From assembly GCA_965219325.1 (NCBI GenBank), contig OZ244723.1, positions 2,090,158 through 2,154,157 on the forward strand: DNA of 64,000 nt. The letters are read 5' to 3'. The position numbers and the translations under genes are program-made. The notes below the pieces were generated by a model that saw only the letters and a program-made list of their open reading frames with translations, searched no databases and was not told the origin of the DNA. Origin of the DNA: Dehalococcoidia bacterium (GTDB lineage: Bacteria; Chloroflexota; Dehalococcoidia; Lucifugimonadales; UBA2962). Shown here in pieces: positions 1 through 10,732 of this stretch (position 1 is the first letter of the stretch; each line of letters starts with the position of its first letter).

Positions 1-8
1 TCGACGAT

Positions 9-620
9 TTGGTCCAGATATTGCAGGGCGGGGGAGTGGTCGCATTGCCGACCGACACCTTCTACTGTCTGGCGGCGTGCGCAATCAACGTCGAAGCGTC
101 CCAACGCGTGTTTGAGATCAAGCGCCGGCAAGCAACGAGCGCGGCCCCGCTGCTGACAGCGGAGGCGTCAGACGTGATGAAGTACGCAGTAGATCTGACG
201 GAAGCCCAGCAAATGGCGGTAATCGCCCTTGGGGCCAGATTCTGGCCGGGGGCGCTGTCGCTGGTGCTCAAACGGTCGCCGGCCATTCCATCCCTCCTTT
301 CTGGAGGCGGAGACACGATAGCCCTACGGGTACCGAACGCGCTGACGGTCAGGGAGGTGGTTCGGCGTCTTGGGGCACCCGTCACGGGCACCAGTGCAAA
401 CCTGTCCGGCAGTCCTGCCGCCACGACGGCGGCGGCGGTACGGGAGGCTCTAGGGGCGGCGGTCGACGCGGTGGTAGACGGGGGCATGACACCCGGCGGT
501 CCGCCGTCCACGGTCCTTGACCTTACGGCGCCGACGCCGCGTATACTTCGAGCCGGAGCCATCGCCAAAGCAGATCTCGACGAGACCCTGAGCGAGGTGG
601 GGTCGCCCCCATCGCATTAG
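9..620 (+). CDS. tsaC: L-threonylcarbamoyladenylate synthase (Sua5/TsaC), probably 5'-truncated by the window edge
   Basis: VALPTDTFY, FWPGALSLV, IALRVP and TGTSANLSG motifs of the YrdC/Sua5 family. Confidence 0.92.
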   Translation: MVQILQGGGVVALPTDTFYCLAACAINVEASQRVFEIKRRQATSAAPLLTAEASDVMKYAVDLTEAQQMAVIALGARFWPGALSLVLKRSPAIPSLLSGGGDTIALRVPNALTVREVVRRLGAPVTGTSANLSGSPAATTAAAVREALGAAVDAVVDGGMTPGGPPSTVLDLTAPTPRILRAGAIAKADLDETLSEVGSPPSH

Positions 621-690
621 ATTGGTGGGTGGGAAAAGATCCGGCTGGAGCAATCGTCCACTGCCCGTGCCCGCACAGTAGCCCGAACAT

Positions 691-1755
691 TTGGTTTGGA
701 ATAGAGCGATCGGATTGAAAGAAGAGTTGATCAGCGATCTCAACGGCCAGGTAGACGTCCAACTCACAGCTGTCCTGGCCTCGAGAGACATGGACCTTTA
801 CAGGATGATGTCCTACCACCTCGGCTGGGGAACAAGACCCGGTGAGGAGGGGACGGACCCGGTGGCAAGGACCACGCTCAGGCGACATGGCGTCGGCTGT
901 CTGGTGGCGGCCCTGGCGACCTCCGGCACCTACAACGAGACAGTCTTGCCAGCCGCTGCCGCTTTGGAGATGGTCGCTTCCTTCGTCGAGATTCACGACG
1001 ACATACAAGGCGGGCATCCAACCCGGAACGGTAGGGACGCTGTGTGGTGGGTATGGGGTCCAGCCCAGGCCATCAACGCAGGGGACGGCTTGCATGCCCT
1101 TGCCCGCCTGACGATGCTGGATCTCCAGAGGCACGGAATCTCGGCCGACTCTACGTTTCGGGCAATGCAGATTCTGGACCAGGCCTCGCTTGCGATGTGT
1201 GAGGGGCGCTTCAAGGATATGGAGGCTCAAGAGCGCATCGACTTGTCTGTCGACAAATACCTCGAGATGGCACGTGCAAAGAGCGGATCGCTGATGTCCG
1301 GAGCGCTCCAGTTAGGGGCATTTATCGGCTCGGGTGGAGACGAGAAGTTCGCAGAGGCTTTTGGCGCGGCCGGGAGAGAGTTGGGGGTCGCCATGCAGGC
1401 GGCCGAAGACGTGCTGGAACTGTTCGCAAAAAACGGTGCCAGCGACGGGCCGGGACCGCCTTCCGAAGTTGTACAAAACAAGAAAAAGCTACTCCCGGTC
1501 GTGCACGCATTGGAGAAGGCCGGCCCATCGGAGCGACGGCGCCTCGGTGATGTCTACTTCAAGAGAGTACTTCAGCCGCCTGACGTAGCCGAGGTGAGAA
1601 GATTGGTCGAGGAGTTGGGCGGTCGGGAGCTGGCGGAGGAAACGGTGCGCGAGCATCACCAAGCGGCCATGAGGTCACTGGACGGCGTCGAACTTGCCAC
1701 CGGCGGGCTGGCCGCCGTGGAGGCGTACGCCAACACCCTAATCGATGCTCGCTAA
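691..1755 (+). CDS. Polyprenyl synthetase family protein (GGPP synthase-like) with degenerate Asp-rich motifs
   Basis: MMSYHLGW, AAALEMV...HDDIQ, WGPAQAINAGD, GRFKD, KSGSL, KKKLLPVV. Confidence 0.85.
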   Translation: MVWNRAIGLKEELISDLNGQVDVQLTAVLASRDMDLYRMMSYHLGWGTRPGEEGTDPVARTTLRRHGVGCLVAALATSGTYNETVLPAAAALEMVASFVEIHDDIQGGHPTRNGRDAVWWVWGPAQAINAGDGLHALARLTMLDLQRHGISADSTFRAMQILDQASLAMCEGRFKDMEAQERIDLSVDKYLEMARAKSGSLMSGALQLGAFIGSGGDEKFAEAFGAAGRELGVAMQAAEDVLELFAKNGASDGPGPPSEVVQNKKKLLPVVHALEKAGPSERRRLGDVYFKRVLQPPDVAEVRRLVEELGGRELAEETVREHHQAAMRSLDGVELATGGLAAVEAYANTLIDAR

Positions 1756-2959
1756 TCGGGAAGTGGCCAAACGCTCGATCAGAAACTATGCGATAGACGG
1801 CAAGACCGTCCTATTGCGCGTTGACTACAACCTGCCGATGAGGCCCGGCACCACCGAGATCCTCGACGACCGCCGCATCCTGGCCACCGTCCCAACGCTG
1901 GCCCATCTCCTCGAAAGATCCTGCCGGGTTCTAATTGTCACGCATCTCGGCCGGCCAGACGGGCTATGGGTCGAAAAACTGGCCTTGGCGCCTGTATCCG
2001 ATCGGCTGGCCGGGTTACTGGGGGTGCCCGTACTGCAACTTCCTAGCTACCGGGGCCCGGAGGTCGAGGCGGCAATCGAAGTGATGCCACACGGATCTAT
2101 CGCGATGCTTGAGAACATCCGCTTCGACCCTGGCGAGGAGGCGAACGATGTGCGATTAGCCGAAGACTTAGCCGGACTTGCGGAGGTCTTTGTGAACGAC
2201 GCATTCGGCGCGGCGCACCGGGCGCATGCATCCACCGAGGGAGTAGCGCGTCTCCTGCCGGCCGTGGCGGGACTCCTGATGGAGAAGGAACTCTCCGCTC
2301 TCGGCGGAGCGTTGCAGACGCCGGAACGGCCCTTTACGGCTGTGGTGGGGGGAGCGAAGGTGTCGGACAAGATAGCTGTGCTAGACCGCCTCTCCTCACT
2401 GGTCGACACGCTCATCATCGGAGGAGGCATGGCCGCCACGTTTCTGGCGGCGCAGGGACACTCCGTGGGCTCCTCGGTCGTGGAAGAGGAGCGCATGGCA
2501 TACGCTACAGACCTGATGTCGGACACCCAGTGCAGCTCCGCACGAGTGCTCACGCCGACCGACGTGGTAGTGGCGGACAGGTTTACAGAGAAGGCCAAGG
2601 TCAAAACGGTAGTCGTGGAAGACATTCCCGACGGTTGGCTAGTGCTCGACATAGGACCCGAAACGGCAGAGGCCTACTCGCGGGCAATCGCCGAGTCCAG
2701 AACGGTGCTCTGGAACGGCCCAATGGGTGTGTTCGAATGGGAGGCCTTCTCGGACGGAACCAGGAGGGTCGCAGAATCCGTCGCAGAGTTGCATGGCACG
2801 GCTACCACCGTAACCGGAGGCGGGTCGACGTCCGAGGCTGTGGCGCGGCTGGGCCTGACGTCTAGGATAAGCCACGACTCCACAGGCGGCGGTGCGACTC
2901 TTGCATTCATCGAGGGTAAAGAGCTGCCCGGGGTGGCCGCCCTCCTAGACGAGCGATGA
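1745..2959 (+). CDS. pgk: Phosphoglycerate kinase
   Basis: LRVDYN, THLGRP, LENIRF, NDAFGAAHRAHAS, GGAKVSDK, WNGPMGVFE, STGGGA. Confidence 0.97.
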   Translation: MLANREVAKRSIRNYAIDGKTVLLRVDYNLPMRPGTTEILDDRRILATVPTLAHLLERSCRVLIVTHLGRPDGLWVEKLALAPVSDRLAGLLGVPVLQLPSYRGPEVEAAIEVMPHGSIAMLENIRFDPGEEANDVRLAEDLAGLAEVFVNDAFGAAHRAHASTEGVARLLPAVAGLLMEKELSALGGALQTPERPFTAVVGGAKVSDKIAVLDRLSSLVDTLIIGGGMAATFLAAQGHSVGSSVVEEERMAYATDLMSDTQCSSARVLTPTDVVVADRFTEKAKVKTVVVEDIPDGWLVLDIGPETAEAYSRAIAESRTVLWNGPMGVFEWEAFSDGTRRVAESVAELHGTATTVTGGGSTSEAVARLGLTSRISHDSTGGGATLAFIEGKELPGVAALLDER

Positions 2960-2963
2960 AGGC

Positions 2964-4172
2964 ATGACGGCTCACATCGACATCCGAACGATAGCCAGAG
3001 CCGGAGACTCGCGGATAATTCTTCTAGTAGTCGACGGCTTGGGAGGATATCCCCACCCTGACACTGGCCGCTCCGAACTGGAGGCCGCTAGGCTGCCCAA
3101 CCTTGATGCGCTGGCGAGAGAAAGCGCGTGCGGCCAGACGGTACCGGTCGCCCCGGGAATAACCCCAGGATCCGGGCCGGGACACCTGGCGCTGTTCGGA
3201 TACGACCCGGCGAGGCACCACGTAGGCCGCGGGGTGATGGAGGCTCTTGGAGTGGGCCTTGACCTAGCCGACGAGGACGCGGCGGCTAGAGGCAATTTCT
3301 GCATTGTTGACAACATGGGTCAACTGGTGGACAGGCGTGCCGGACGCATCTCCTCGGAACGGGGCGCCGAACTGACGGACCTGCTAAATCGAATCGAGCA
3401 ACCGCACGGGAAAATCTCGGTTCACGGGGTACGCGGACACCGCTTCGTGGCCGTGTTCCGTGGAGCAGGGTCGAATCTGGAGGCCTCGGATACAGATCCC
3501 GGTATAGAGGGATGCCCGCCTCTCAAATCGGAGCCATTAACAGAGGACTCCGGAGAGCTTGCGGCTGCGGTGAACGGCTTTGCGGCCCGGGCTAGGCACG
3601 CGCTGAAAGACGGCGAGGCGCAGGCGGTCGTACTGCGCGGAATATCCAGCCCGACGCCTCTGCCGTCGTTCGCCGATCTATACATGTTGCACCCTGCGGC
3701 AATCGCCGCCTACCCGATGTACCGTGGCCTCGCCAGGCTAATCGGCATGGAGGTGCTCGATACGGGAGACGATTTTGGACAAGAAATCGCGTCGCTCTGC
3801 GAGGCTTTCGCGACCGGTAACCACGATTTCTTCTTCCTGCACTACAAGCCGGCGGACGCTGCCGGCGAGGACGGGGACTTTGGTGCGAAGGTTGAGGCCC
3901 TAGAGGCCCTGGACTCCAAAATCCCAGCCATCCTGCAACTCGAAGCGGACGTCCTGATAGTTGCAGGAGACCACTCAACCCCGGCTGTGGTCGGAGGCCA
4001 CAGTTGGCATCCGGTGCCGATCGCCGTCAGTTCTAGGCTTACAAGGGGAGACGGTGTGCCGGCGTTCACCGAGCGTGCAGTTAGAGATGGCTCGCTAGGC
4101 ACAATAACGGCGACGTCGGTCATGACCCTGGCATTGGCCCACGGAGGCCGTCTCAACAAATACGGGCCGTAG
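2964..4172 (+). CDS. apgM: 2,3-bisphosphoglycerate-independent phosphoglycerate mutase (archaeal type)
   Basis: VVDGLGG, PGSGPGHLALFGYDP, YPMYRGLA, FLHYK.AD.AGEDG, GDHSTP, HSWHPVP. Confidence 0.93.
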   Translation: MTAHIDIRTIARAGDSRIILLVVDGLGGYPHPDTGRSELEAARLPNLDALARESACGQTVPVAPGITPGSGPGHLALFGYDPARHHVGRGVMEALGVGLDLADEDAAARGNFCIVDNMGQLVDRRAGRISSERGAELTDLLNRIEQPHGKISVHGVRGHRFVAVFRGAGSNLEASDTDPGIEGCPPLKSEPLTEDSGELAAAVNGFAARARHALKDGEAQAVVLRGISSPTPLPSFADLYMLHPAAIAAYPMYRGLARLIGMEVLDTGDDFGQEIASLCEAFATGNHDFFFLHYKPADAAGEDGDFGAKVEALEALDSKIPAILQLEADVLIVAGDHSTPAVVGGHSWHPVPIAVSSRLTRGDGVPAFTERAVRDGSLGTITATSVMTLALAHGGRLNKYGP

Positions 4173-4186
4173 AAGGGAAGCCCTCC

Positions 4187-4939
4187 ATGCCCGAGCGTGT
4201 CATCGCCGGTAACTGGAAGATGAATGTGACGGTATGCGAGACGGTTCCGCTCCTGGAACGGCTCATGTCGGGGCTACCGATCGCCGGCGTGACCAGCGTA
4301 GTGTGCCCCTCTTTCGTTTCGCTACACGCGGCCAAGCAGACTCTTGCTGACAGCGGTATAGGGCTGGGGGCGCAGGATATGCGTCCGGAGCCAAAGGGTC
4401 CGTTAACGGGTGAGGTCTCCGCCGCGATGGTAGCGGAGCTCTGCACCTACGTGATAATAGGACACTCGGAACGCCGGCACGTGTTCGGAGAGACTAGCAA
4501 GCTGGTCAACTCAAAGACGCTCTCAGCCCTGTCGGTCGGCCTCAGGCCGATCGTTTGCGTCGGAGAAACTCTGCACGAACGTGAGTCGGGTAGAGCTCGG
4601 GAGGTCGTGGTCGATCAGCTCAAGGCCTCCCTAGAGGGCGTGGACAGGGCTTCACAGGTGTTGGTCGCCTACGAGCCCGTCTGGGCTATCGGCACTGGCA
4701 GGGCGGCCTCAGCGCGCGACGCCCAGCAGATGGCGGCGGTCACTCGGCACGAACTGAGCACACTCTTCGGCCCGAAAGCCGCCTCCGATGTCCCGGTCCT
4801 GTACGGTGGCAGCGTAAACTCGGAGAACGTGGCCGATTTCCTTGCGATGCCGGACATTGATGGGGCGCTAGTAGGCGGCGCCAGCCTGGACGCCGAAGGC
4901 TTCATAAGGCTGACCGAAAACGCAGCGCCGCACCGATAA
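4187..4939 (+). CDS. tpiA: Triosephosphate isomerase
   Basis: AGNWKMN, GHSERR, AYEPVWAIGTG, LYGGSV, GALVGGASL. Confidence 0.97.
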   Translation: MPERVIAGNWKMNVTVCETVPLLERLMSGLPIAGVTSVVCPSFVSLHAAKQTLADSGIGLGAQDMRPEPKGPLTGEVSAAMVAELCTYVIIGHSERRHVFGETSKLVNSKTLSALSVGLRPIVCVGETLHERESGRAREVVVDQLKASLEGVDRASQVLVAYEPVWAIGTGRAASARDAQQMAAVTRHELSTLFGPKAASDVPVLYGGSVNSENVADFLAMPDIDGALVGGASLDAEGFIRLTENAAPHR

Positions 4940-4958
4940 ACTAGCTCCGGACAACAAG

Positions 4959-5930
4959 TTGCGCCCACCAGGACACAGCCGCAATCCGACAAATCGTCTG
5001 TTGATGGTTGCAGGGCCAACCGCCGTGGGTAAGTCCGCCTTCGGATTAAGGATTGCACGGCAGCTCAACGGCGAGATCGTCAGCGCAGACAGCCGGCAGG
5101 CCTACCGCGGGCTGGACATCGGTACCGCCAAGGCGACCATGGACGAGCGGGAGTCCGTGCCGCACCATCTGGTCGACATTCTCGAACCGGATCAGGAGTA
5201 CGGGCTGGTACCCTTCCTGGACCTCGCAAGAAAAGCCATCGACGAGATAACTGCGCGGGATCGCTTGCCGGTCGTGGTGGGAGGATCGAGCCAGTATGTA
5301 TTCGCGTTGATGGAGGGCTGGAAACCATACAGAGTGCCTCCCAATTCAAGGCTGCGTGCAGCGCTGCAGCGACGCGCCGACAGAGATGGGAGTCAGAGGT
5401 TACACGCGGATCTGGCAGCGATCGATCCCGAGGCGGCCGCACAGATCGACCCCAGTAATGCGCGCAGGGTCATCAGGGCCCTGGAGGTCAGGGCACAGGC
5501 AATTAAGGGGACTTCGCCGCCACCACGGCAGGGCCCGAACGATGGGAATGGCCTTGACCGGTTACACGAAACGACCGCCATCGGTCTAACACTGCCACGT
5601 GACGAGCTTTACCGCCGCATCGACGCACGCGTGGACCGGATGATGGCCCAGGGCTGGCTGAACGAGGTGGAGGCGCTACTGCAGCGTGGCTACGGTCCGG
5701 AACTTTCCTCCATGTCGAGCATCGGCTACTCGGAACTTGCCGAGCACATTGACGGCAAGACTGACCTGGCCAGCGCCGTTCAGCGCATAAAGCACCGTAG
5801 CCACCGGCTGGCTCGGAGCCAGTACGTGTGGCTTAGGCGCGCTGCGTGGGTGGAGTGGTTCGAGTCTGATGACGAGGGTGTGAGGCGCGCATTGGACAGG
5901 GTAGGGGAGCAGATAGCACCGCGTTGCTAG
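4959..5930 (+). CDS. miaA: tRNA dimethylallyltransferase
   Basis: GPTAVGKS, SADSRQ.YRGLDIGTAK, PHHLVD, VGGS, RRVIRALEV, SIGYSE. Confidence 0.95.
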   Translation: MRPPGHSRNPTNRLLMVAGPTAVGKSAFGLRIARQLNGEIVSADSRQAYRGLDIGTAKATMDERESVPHHLVDILEPDQEYGLVPFLDLARKAIDEITARDRLPVVVGGSSQYVFALMEGWKPYRVPPNSRLRAALQRRADRDGSQRLHADLAAIDPEAAAQIDPSNARRVIRALEVRAQAIKGTSPPPRQGPNDGNGLDRLHETTAIGLTLPRDELYRRIDARVDRMMAQGWLNEVEALLQRGYGPELSSMSSIGYSELAEHIDGKTDLASAVQRIKHRSHRLARSQYVWLRRAAWVEWFESDDEGVRRALDRVGEQIAPRC

Positions 5931-5939
5931 AATGTCCCC

Positions 5940-6806
5940 ATGAACCTCAACACCAGCGAAGAGGCGCTTGCCTTCTCGAAGATGCACGGCGCCGGGAACG
6001 ATTATGTCTTCGTGGACGGTCGGGACCTAACCCTTGATTGGACGAAGCTGGCGGTCGCCGTGAGCGACCGCCACTTCGGGATAGGCTCTGACGGCCTGAT
6101 CCTGGCACTCGAGTCGGACCGAGCGGACCTTCGGATGCAGATGTTCAACGCCGACGGATCGGCGGGCCGTATGTGCGGCAATGGCATCCGGTGTCTGGTC
6201 GCGTTCGCAGTCGACATCGGGCTGATTGCGGCCGGACGAAGTCCGGTTGCGGTGGAAACGGCCGCCGGAGTACTGGAGGTGGCACCCACTTGGCGTGGTG
6301 GCCGGATCGTCAGGGCACGAGTCGACATGGGTGAGCCGGCGTTCAGGGCCGCCGAGGTGCCGTTTGATGTGCCGGGAGAGAAAACGCTGGAGGACTATCC
6401 CTTTGCGGTCGACGGCTTCAGCCTCGCTATCAATGGGGTCTCGATGGGGAACCCTCACGCAGTGGCCATACTGGACGAGCCGGTCGGGGACGTTGCACTG
6501 GAGCTTCTTGGGCCGTTGGTTGAGCACGATGCGAGGTTTCCCGACCGGGTGAACTTGGAGATCGTTAACGTACTGTCCCGTAGTCTGCTCAAGGTCCGCG
6601 TCTGGGAGCGGGGCTCAGGAAAGACGATGGCATGCGGGACAGGTGCATGCGCCGCGGCAGTAGTGGCCCGACGCAAAGGGCTCATAGACGACGAAGTCAC
6701 GGTCACACTTCCCGGCGGAAACCTGAGGATAGAGTGGGCTGGGACCGGGTCTGTAAAAATGGACGGACCGGTCCACAAGGTCTTCGAGGGCAGTTGGCCA
6801 CTGTGA
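5940..6806 (+). CDS. dapF: Diaminopimelate epimerase
   Basis: KMHGAGNDY, RHFGIGSDG, MCGNGIRC, MGNPH, ERGSGKTMACGTGACA. Confidence 0.96.
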   Translation: MNLNTSEEALAFSKMHGAGNDYVFVDGRDLTLDWTKLAVAVSDRHFGIGSDGLILALESDRADLRMQMFNADGSAGRMCGNGIRCLVAFAVDIGLIAAGRSPVAVETAAGVLEVAPTWRGGRIVRARVDMGEPAFRAAEVPFDVPGEKTLEDYPFAVDGFSLAINGVSMGNPHAVAILDEPVGDVALELLGPLVEHDARFPDRVNLEIVNVLSRSLLKVRVWERGSGKTMACGTGACAAAVVARRKGLIDDEVTVTLPGGNLRIEWAGTGSVKMDGPVHKVFEGSWPL

Positions 6807-6880
6807 GCCGTTTCTGCCTTGTCCAAGCCATCCTTAGATATCCCGACTGAAGCTAAACTAAACGTAAAGAGCAGGTTGTA

Positions 6881-8050
6881 ATGAAGTTCGCCAGCCGCAT
6901 TGACAGGGTGCCCCCTTACCTCTTCGTGGAGATCAGCAGGCGCATTGCCGAGAAGCGTTCGGAGGGAGCCGACGTGATAAGTTTTGGCATAGGAGACCCT
7001 GATCTGCCCACTCCAGGTGGAGTTGTGGAGGCACTTCGGGAGGCATCCCTAGAGCCGGACAACCACCGCTATCCCGAAACGGATGGGCTTCCGGTTCTAC
7101 GTAAGTCGATAGCCGATTGGTACGAGTCCCGCTTCGGAGTTTCACTAGACGCCGACAGGGAGGTCTTGCCCCTCATCGGGGCAAAAGAAGGTATCGGACA
7201 CGCCGCCCTGTGCTTTGTAGACCCCGGTGACATCGTCCTAGTACCCGATCCTGGCTACCCCGTCTATTCGGTTGGCACCTGGTTCGCAGGCGGAGAATGC
7301 CATTTCATGCCGCTAAGCGAGGAGAACGGCTGGCTGCCCGACCTGTCCACGATCTCGGATGACACCGCAAGAAGGGCTAGGGCGATGTGGCTGAATTATC
7401 CGAACAACCCCACGGGTGGGGTGGCGACGGAGGACTTCTTCGCCCTGGCCGTGGAGTTCGCCCGTGCGCATGACATCGCGCTCCTGCATGACGCCGCCTA
7501 CACCGAGTGCTGGTTCGAGGGCTACAGGCCCCCGAGCCTGCTCCAAACACCCGGGGCCATGGACGTTGGAATGGAGTTTCACTCGTTGTCCAAGAGCTAC
7601 AACATGACCGGCTGGCGCGTTGGCATGGCGGCGGGAAACGCCGATTTGATCGAGGCCCTTATGATCATCAAATCCAACCTCGACTCAGGTATACCGCAGG
7701 CGGTGCAGCACATGGCGATAGAAGCGATCAAGACCAGCGATGCGGAACTGATGGCTCGCAATGCGGTCTACCAGCGGCGCCGAGACAGGGTGATAGACAC
7801 ACTTCAGGGGATCGGGTTGAGCGTGGAGGCGCCTAGGGCGGGACTGTACGTGTGGGCCCGGGTTCCCAAAGGGTTCACTTCTGCAGAATTTACGGCCCTG
7901 CTGCTTGACGAGGTGGACTTGGTGGTGACCCCTGGGAACGGCTATGGGCCCAGTGGGGAGGGCTACGTCAGATTCTCGCTGACGATTCGCGAGGACGACA
8001 TGGAGCGGGGCCTGCAGCGCATGGCGACGCTGGAAATCCCTCCAAAGTGA
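6881..8050 (+). CDS. dapL: LL-diaminopimelate aminotransferase
   Basis: [39 protein letters not shown]; adjacent to dapF. Confidence 0.88.
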   Translation: MKFASRIDRVPPYLFVEISRRIAEKRSEGADVISFGIGDPDLPTPGGVVEALREASLEPDNHRYPETDGLPVLRKSIADWYESRFGVSLDADREVLPLIGAKEGIGHAALCFVDPGDIVLVPDPGYPVYSVGTWFAGGECHFMPLSEENGWLPDLSTISDDTARRARAMWLNYPNNPTGGVATEDFFALAVEFARAHDIALLHDAAYTECWFEGYRPPSLLQTPGAMDVGMEFHSLSKSYNMTGWRVGMAAGNADLIEALMIIKSNLDSGIPQAVQHMAIEAIKTSDAELMARNAVYQRRRDRVIDTLQGIGLSVEAPRAGLYVWARVPKGFTSAEFTALLLDEVDLVVTPGNGYGPSGEGYVRFSLTIREDDMERGLQRMATLEIPPK

Positions 8051-9210
8051 GTCCGAAAAAGCTCGTATACACTCATCCGCGCTCAGAGCGCGTCTACCTG
8101 GTTGGGGTCTCCGTTCGCGGCTCCAGAGAACCGCTGTCTCTGGATGACTCCATGGCGGAACTGGCGGAGCTCACACGGAGTGCGGGTGGACGGGTAGTCG
8201 GATCCATGACACAGCGCGTGCCCAAGCCGACCCAGCACTATCTGGGTCATGGCAAGTTGGACATGCTGCGTGAGGTTGTTAGGGAACAGGACGTAGATTC
8301 GATCGTTTGCGACGATGAGCTGACGCCGACCCAACAGCGCAACCTAGAGCGGGCTCTGGGCGAGGTCAAGGTCATCGACCGCACCGCACTCATACTGGAC
8401 GTGTTTGCAGCTCGCGCTCAGACGAGAGAGGGACGGCTGCAGGTGGAATTGGCCCAACACGAGTACTTGCTTCCCAGGCTGGCCGGCCAATGGACGCATC
8501 TGGAGCGTCTGGGCGGTGGAATAGGCACTCGTGGCCCGGGGGAAACGCAGATCGAAACGGACCGCAGGCTCATCAGGGGACGCATTCAGAAGCTCAGGAG
8601 AGAGCTCGATTCCGTCAGCACTCATCGAAGCCTGTACAGGTCCCGGCGCCAGCAACGCGGCATGGACATCGTGGGGATGGTGGGTTACACGAACGCCGGC
8701 AAGAGTACGCTCTTGAACGCTCTCACCGGTGCGGGGGTGCCGGCCGAAGACAAGCTGTTTATGACCCTTGACCCGGTCACGCGCCAACTCAGGTTGCGAG
8801 ACGGGCATATGGCGTTGCTCACCGACACCGTAGGTTTCATACAAAAGCTGCCGCCCTCGCTAGTGGCCGCCTTCAGGTCTACACTCGAGGAGATAGGAGA
8901 ATCTTCACTGGTACTCCACGTCGTCGACGTAACGCATCCGAATGCAGCGCAGCACGTCGACGTTGTCAACTCCGTGCTAGACGGCCTCGGCGCCGGCGAC
9001 AAGCCGCGCGTTCTGGTGCTGAACAAGGTCGACCTGATCGGTCCCGTCGAGGATTTCTCCCACCTATCCGCACTGGCCCCAGCGCGCGTCCCCGCCGATT
9101 CCAACACCCCAGTCGTGCTCGTCTCGGCACTTCAACGTATCGGGCTAGACGATTTGCTGTCCACCATAGGGGAGAGCCTCTCGGATCGAAAACCGGCCGC
9201 CGTAGGCTGA
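8047..9210 (+). CDS. hflX: GTPase HflX
   Basis: [52 protein letters not shown]. Confidence 0.96.
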   Translation: MSPKKLVYTHPRSERVYLVGVSVRGSREPLSLDDSMAELAELTRSAGGRVVGSMTQRVPKPTQHYLGHGKLDMLREVVREQDVDSIVCDDELTPTQQRNLERALGEVKVIDRTALILDVFAARAQTREGRLQVELAQHEYLLPRLAGQWTHLERLGGGIGTRGPGETQIETDRRLIRGRIQKLRRELDSVSTHRSLYRSRRQQRGMDIVGMVGYTNAGKSTLLNALTGAGVPAEDKLFMTLDPVTRQLRLRDGHMALLTDTVGFIQKLPPSLVAAFRSTLEEIGESSLVLHVVDVTHPNAAQHVDVVNSVLDGLGAGDKPRVLVLNKVDLIGPVEDFSHLSALAPARVPADSNTPVVLVSALQRIGLDDLLSTIGESLSDRKPAAVG

Positions 9211-9269
9211 TTGCCACTCCGCTACATCGCCACATCAAAGCGGGTCTTCGGCCAAGCTGGCCACACGGC

Positions 9270-9297
9270 ACTTCGCACTATATATGTTATGTAAAGT
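9270..9297 (+). other. dif: dif-like XerC/XerD recombination site
   Basis: ACTTCGCACTA-TATATG-TTATGTAAAGT (11-6-11); 22/28 identical to B. subtilis dif as I recall it; AT-rich island in an intergenic gap between convergent genes. Confidence 0.85.
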
Positions 9298-9307
9298 ACA
9301 GTTGGGT

Positions 9308-10381
9308 TCAGGTGGTGACGCGTATGACGCCAGCTTCGTTCAGAGCCTTGAGTAGGTTTAGGCTCCAAGATGCATTGCCTTCGCCTCCTGGCCGCAGTGC
9401 AACCGACGGGACCGACAGATCAAGTGCCTTGCGTCCACCGCAGACCACTACCAGCAACCTTGGTCCAAACAGCGCGGCGGCCGCACCAGCCATAAAGCCG
9501 ATGGCCGCTTGGCCTTCGAGGCCACCAATGTCCTCAGTTAGAGAACCCGCGACCAACACTGCGGCCGTGCATTTGGCTAGGGCCTTCGACACTTCGCCAG
9601 ACAGGAGAGATCCTGAACGCCGCCCTACGTCTATCGCGACGTTCTCTATCCCAAAGTCAGAGAGCAGCGCCTGAACCTGGCCGGCCAACTCATCGCATCC
9701 GAAATGGCCAACAAAGACCCTCGCGACGGCTGATTCTTTTGCAGGCTCGCTCGTCGGCAACTCATGGCCGTTCGGACTATCCGCAGAGTTGGCATCTGAG
9801 CTGAAGCTGCGCTCTTCTGCCACTGGCGAGCCTGAGAATTCCCCCCGCATCCCTTTCACCCCGACCCATAGTGAGCCACCGACCTCTCGCAACAGCCCCA
9901 CGTATTTCCCGTTTTCTACGATTACGTCCAAACACTCTTCGACCAGGTCTGGGTCGATGTTGTGGTCGCGCTCTAGAATGTTCTTTGCGTATGCTCGCTC
10001 AGGGAGCCTCCTGCCCTCAAGGCTTTCGTAAAAGTCCCTGAACACCTGTGGGCGCAGCACGCACTCTACAAGAGACAAGCGGCGTTCCTCCTCGCTCTTC
10101 GGCGCCACTATAGCCCGACCCCCTTCGGTGAGGGTTATCCTCGCGTCGTTGTATCCACCCAGGGTCAGACCGTATCGCACCGAAGAGTTAAGCCGCATGG
10201 TGAAACTGCTGCTTGACGGAGTGGTATTTAGCTCTCCCGCGAGAACAATACGGTCGAACGGAAGACCGGAATTGGCCTCCTGAATGGCTTGGGCAACTGC
10301 CAGAGCGTCTCTAAGCGGATGTACTGGGTAACTGCGTACTTTCCTGGTCCGCTTCTGCTTGCCTTTGAATTCACTGTCCAT
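9308..10381 (-). CDS. N-terminal winged-helix-like domain plus C-terminal TIR-like (nucleotide-binding) domain, degenerate
   Basis: C-terminal RVFVGH...KCTAAVLV...GFMAGAAAALFGPRLLVV follows the TIR-like pattern VFIGHG...NVVxELGAA; N-terminal SSSFTMRLNSSVRYGL. Confidence 0.6.
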   Translation of the reverse strand: MDSEFKGKQKRTRKVRSYPVHPLRDALAVAQAIQEANSGLPFDRIVLAGELNTTPSSSSFTMRLNSSVRYGLTLGGYNDARITLTEGGRAIVAPKSEEERRLSLVECVLRPQVFRDFYESLEGRRLPERAYAKNILERDHNIDPDLVEECLDVIVENGKYVGLLREVGGSLWVGVKGMRGEFSGSPVAEERSFSSDANSADSPNGHELPTSEPAKESAVARVFVGHFGCDELAGQVQALLSDFGIENVAIDVGRRSGSLLSGEVSKALAKCTAAVLVAGSLTEDIGGLEGQAAIGFMAGAAAALFGPRLLVVVCGGRKALDLSVPSVALRPGGEGNASWSLNLLKALNEAGVIRVTT

Positions 10382-10732
10382 ATCTAAACCGGCCCTTCAG
10401 AAATCAACTCCAACCGCTCTATTCATTCGAAAACTCAGTGACATTTTTCAATCATCACCGAAAGGGTGGTTGGGGAAATGCAAGCTCGGCCCTCAATTAT
10501 ATCAGGTCAATTGTTCTAAAAATGCTCAGAAGGCCCTGAAAGGAGCTTGTGAAACTATTTCCCGAGTTTGAAAATGCATACCGAAGGTGCAAGATGCAAC
10601 AGATCAGCGTCGAGAACTGCACTCCTAGAGTTTCTTCTTTTCAAGAGGCCTCCGAAAAGTGGATTCTTTTCGGCCCTGTTTTCCTCGGTCAGGTTCGAAT
10701 GACGAGCTAGACTGGGAGGTTGGCTGAGTTCG

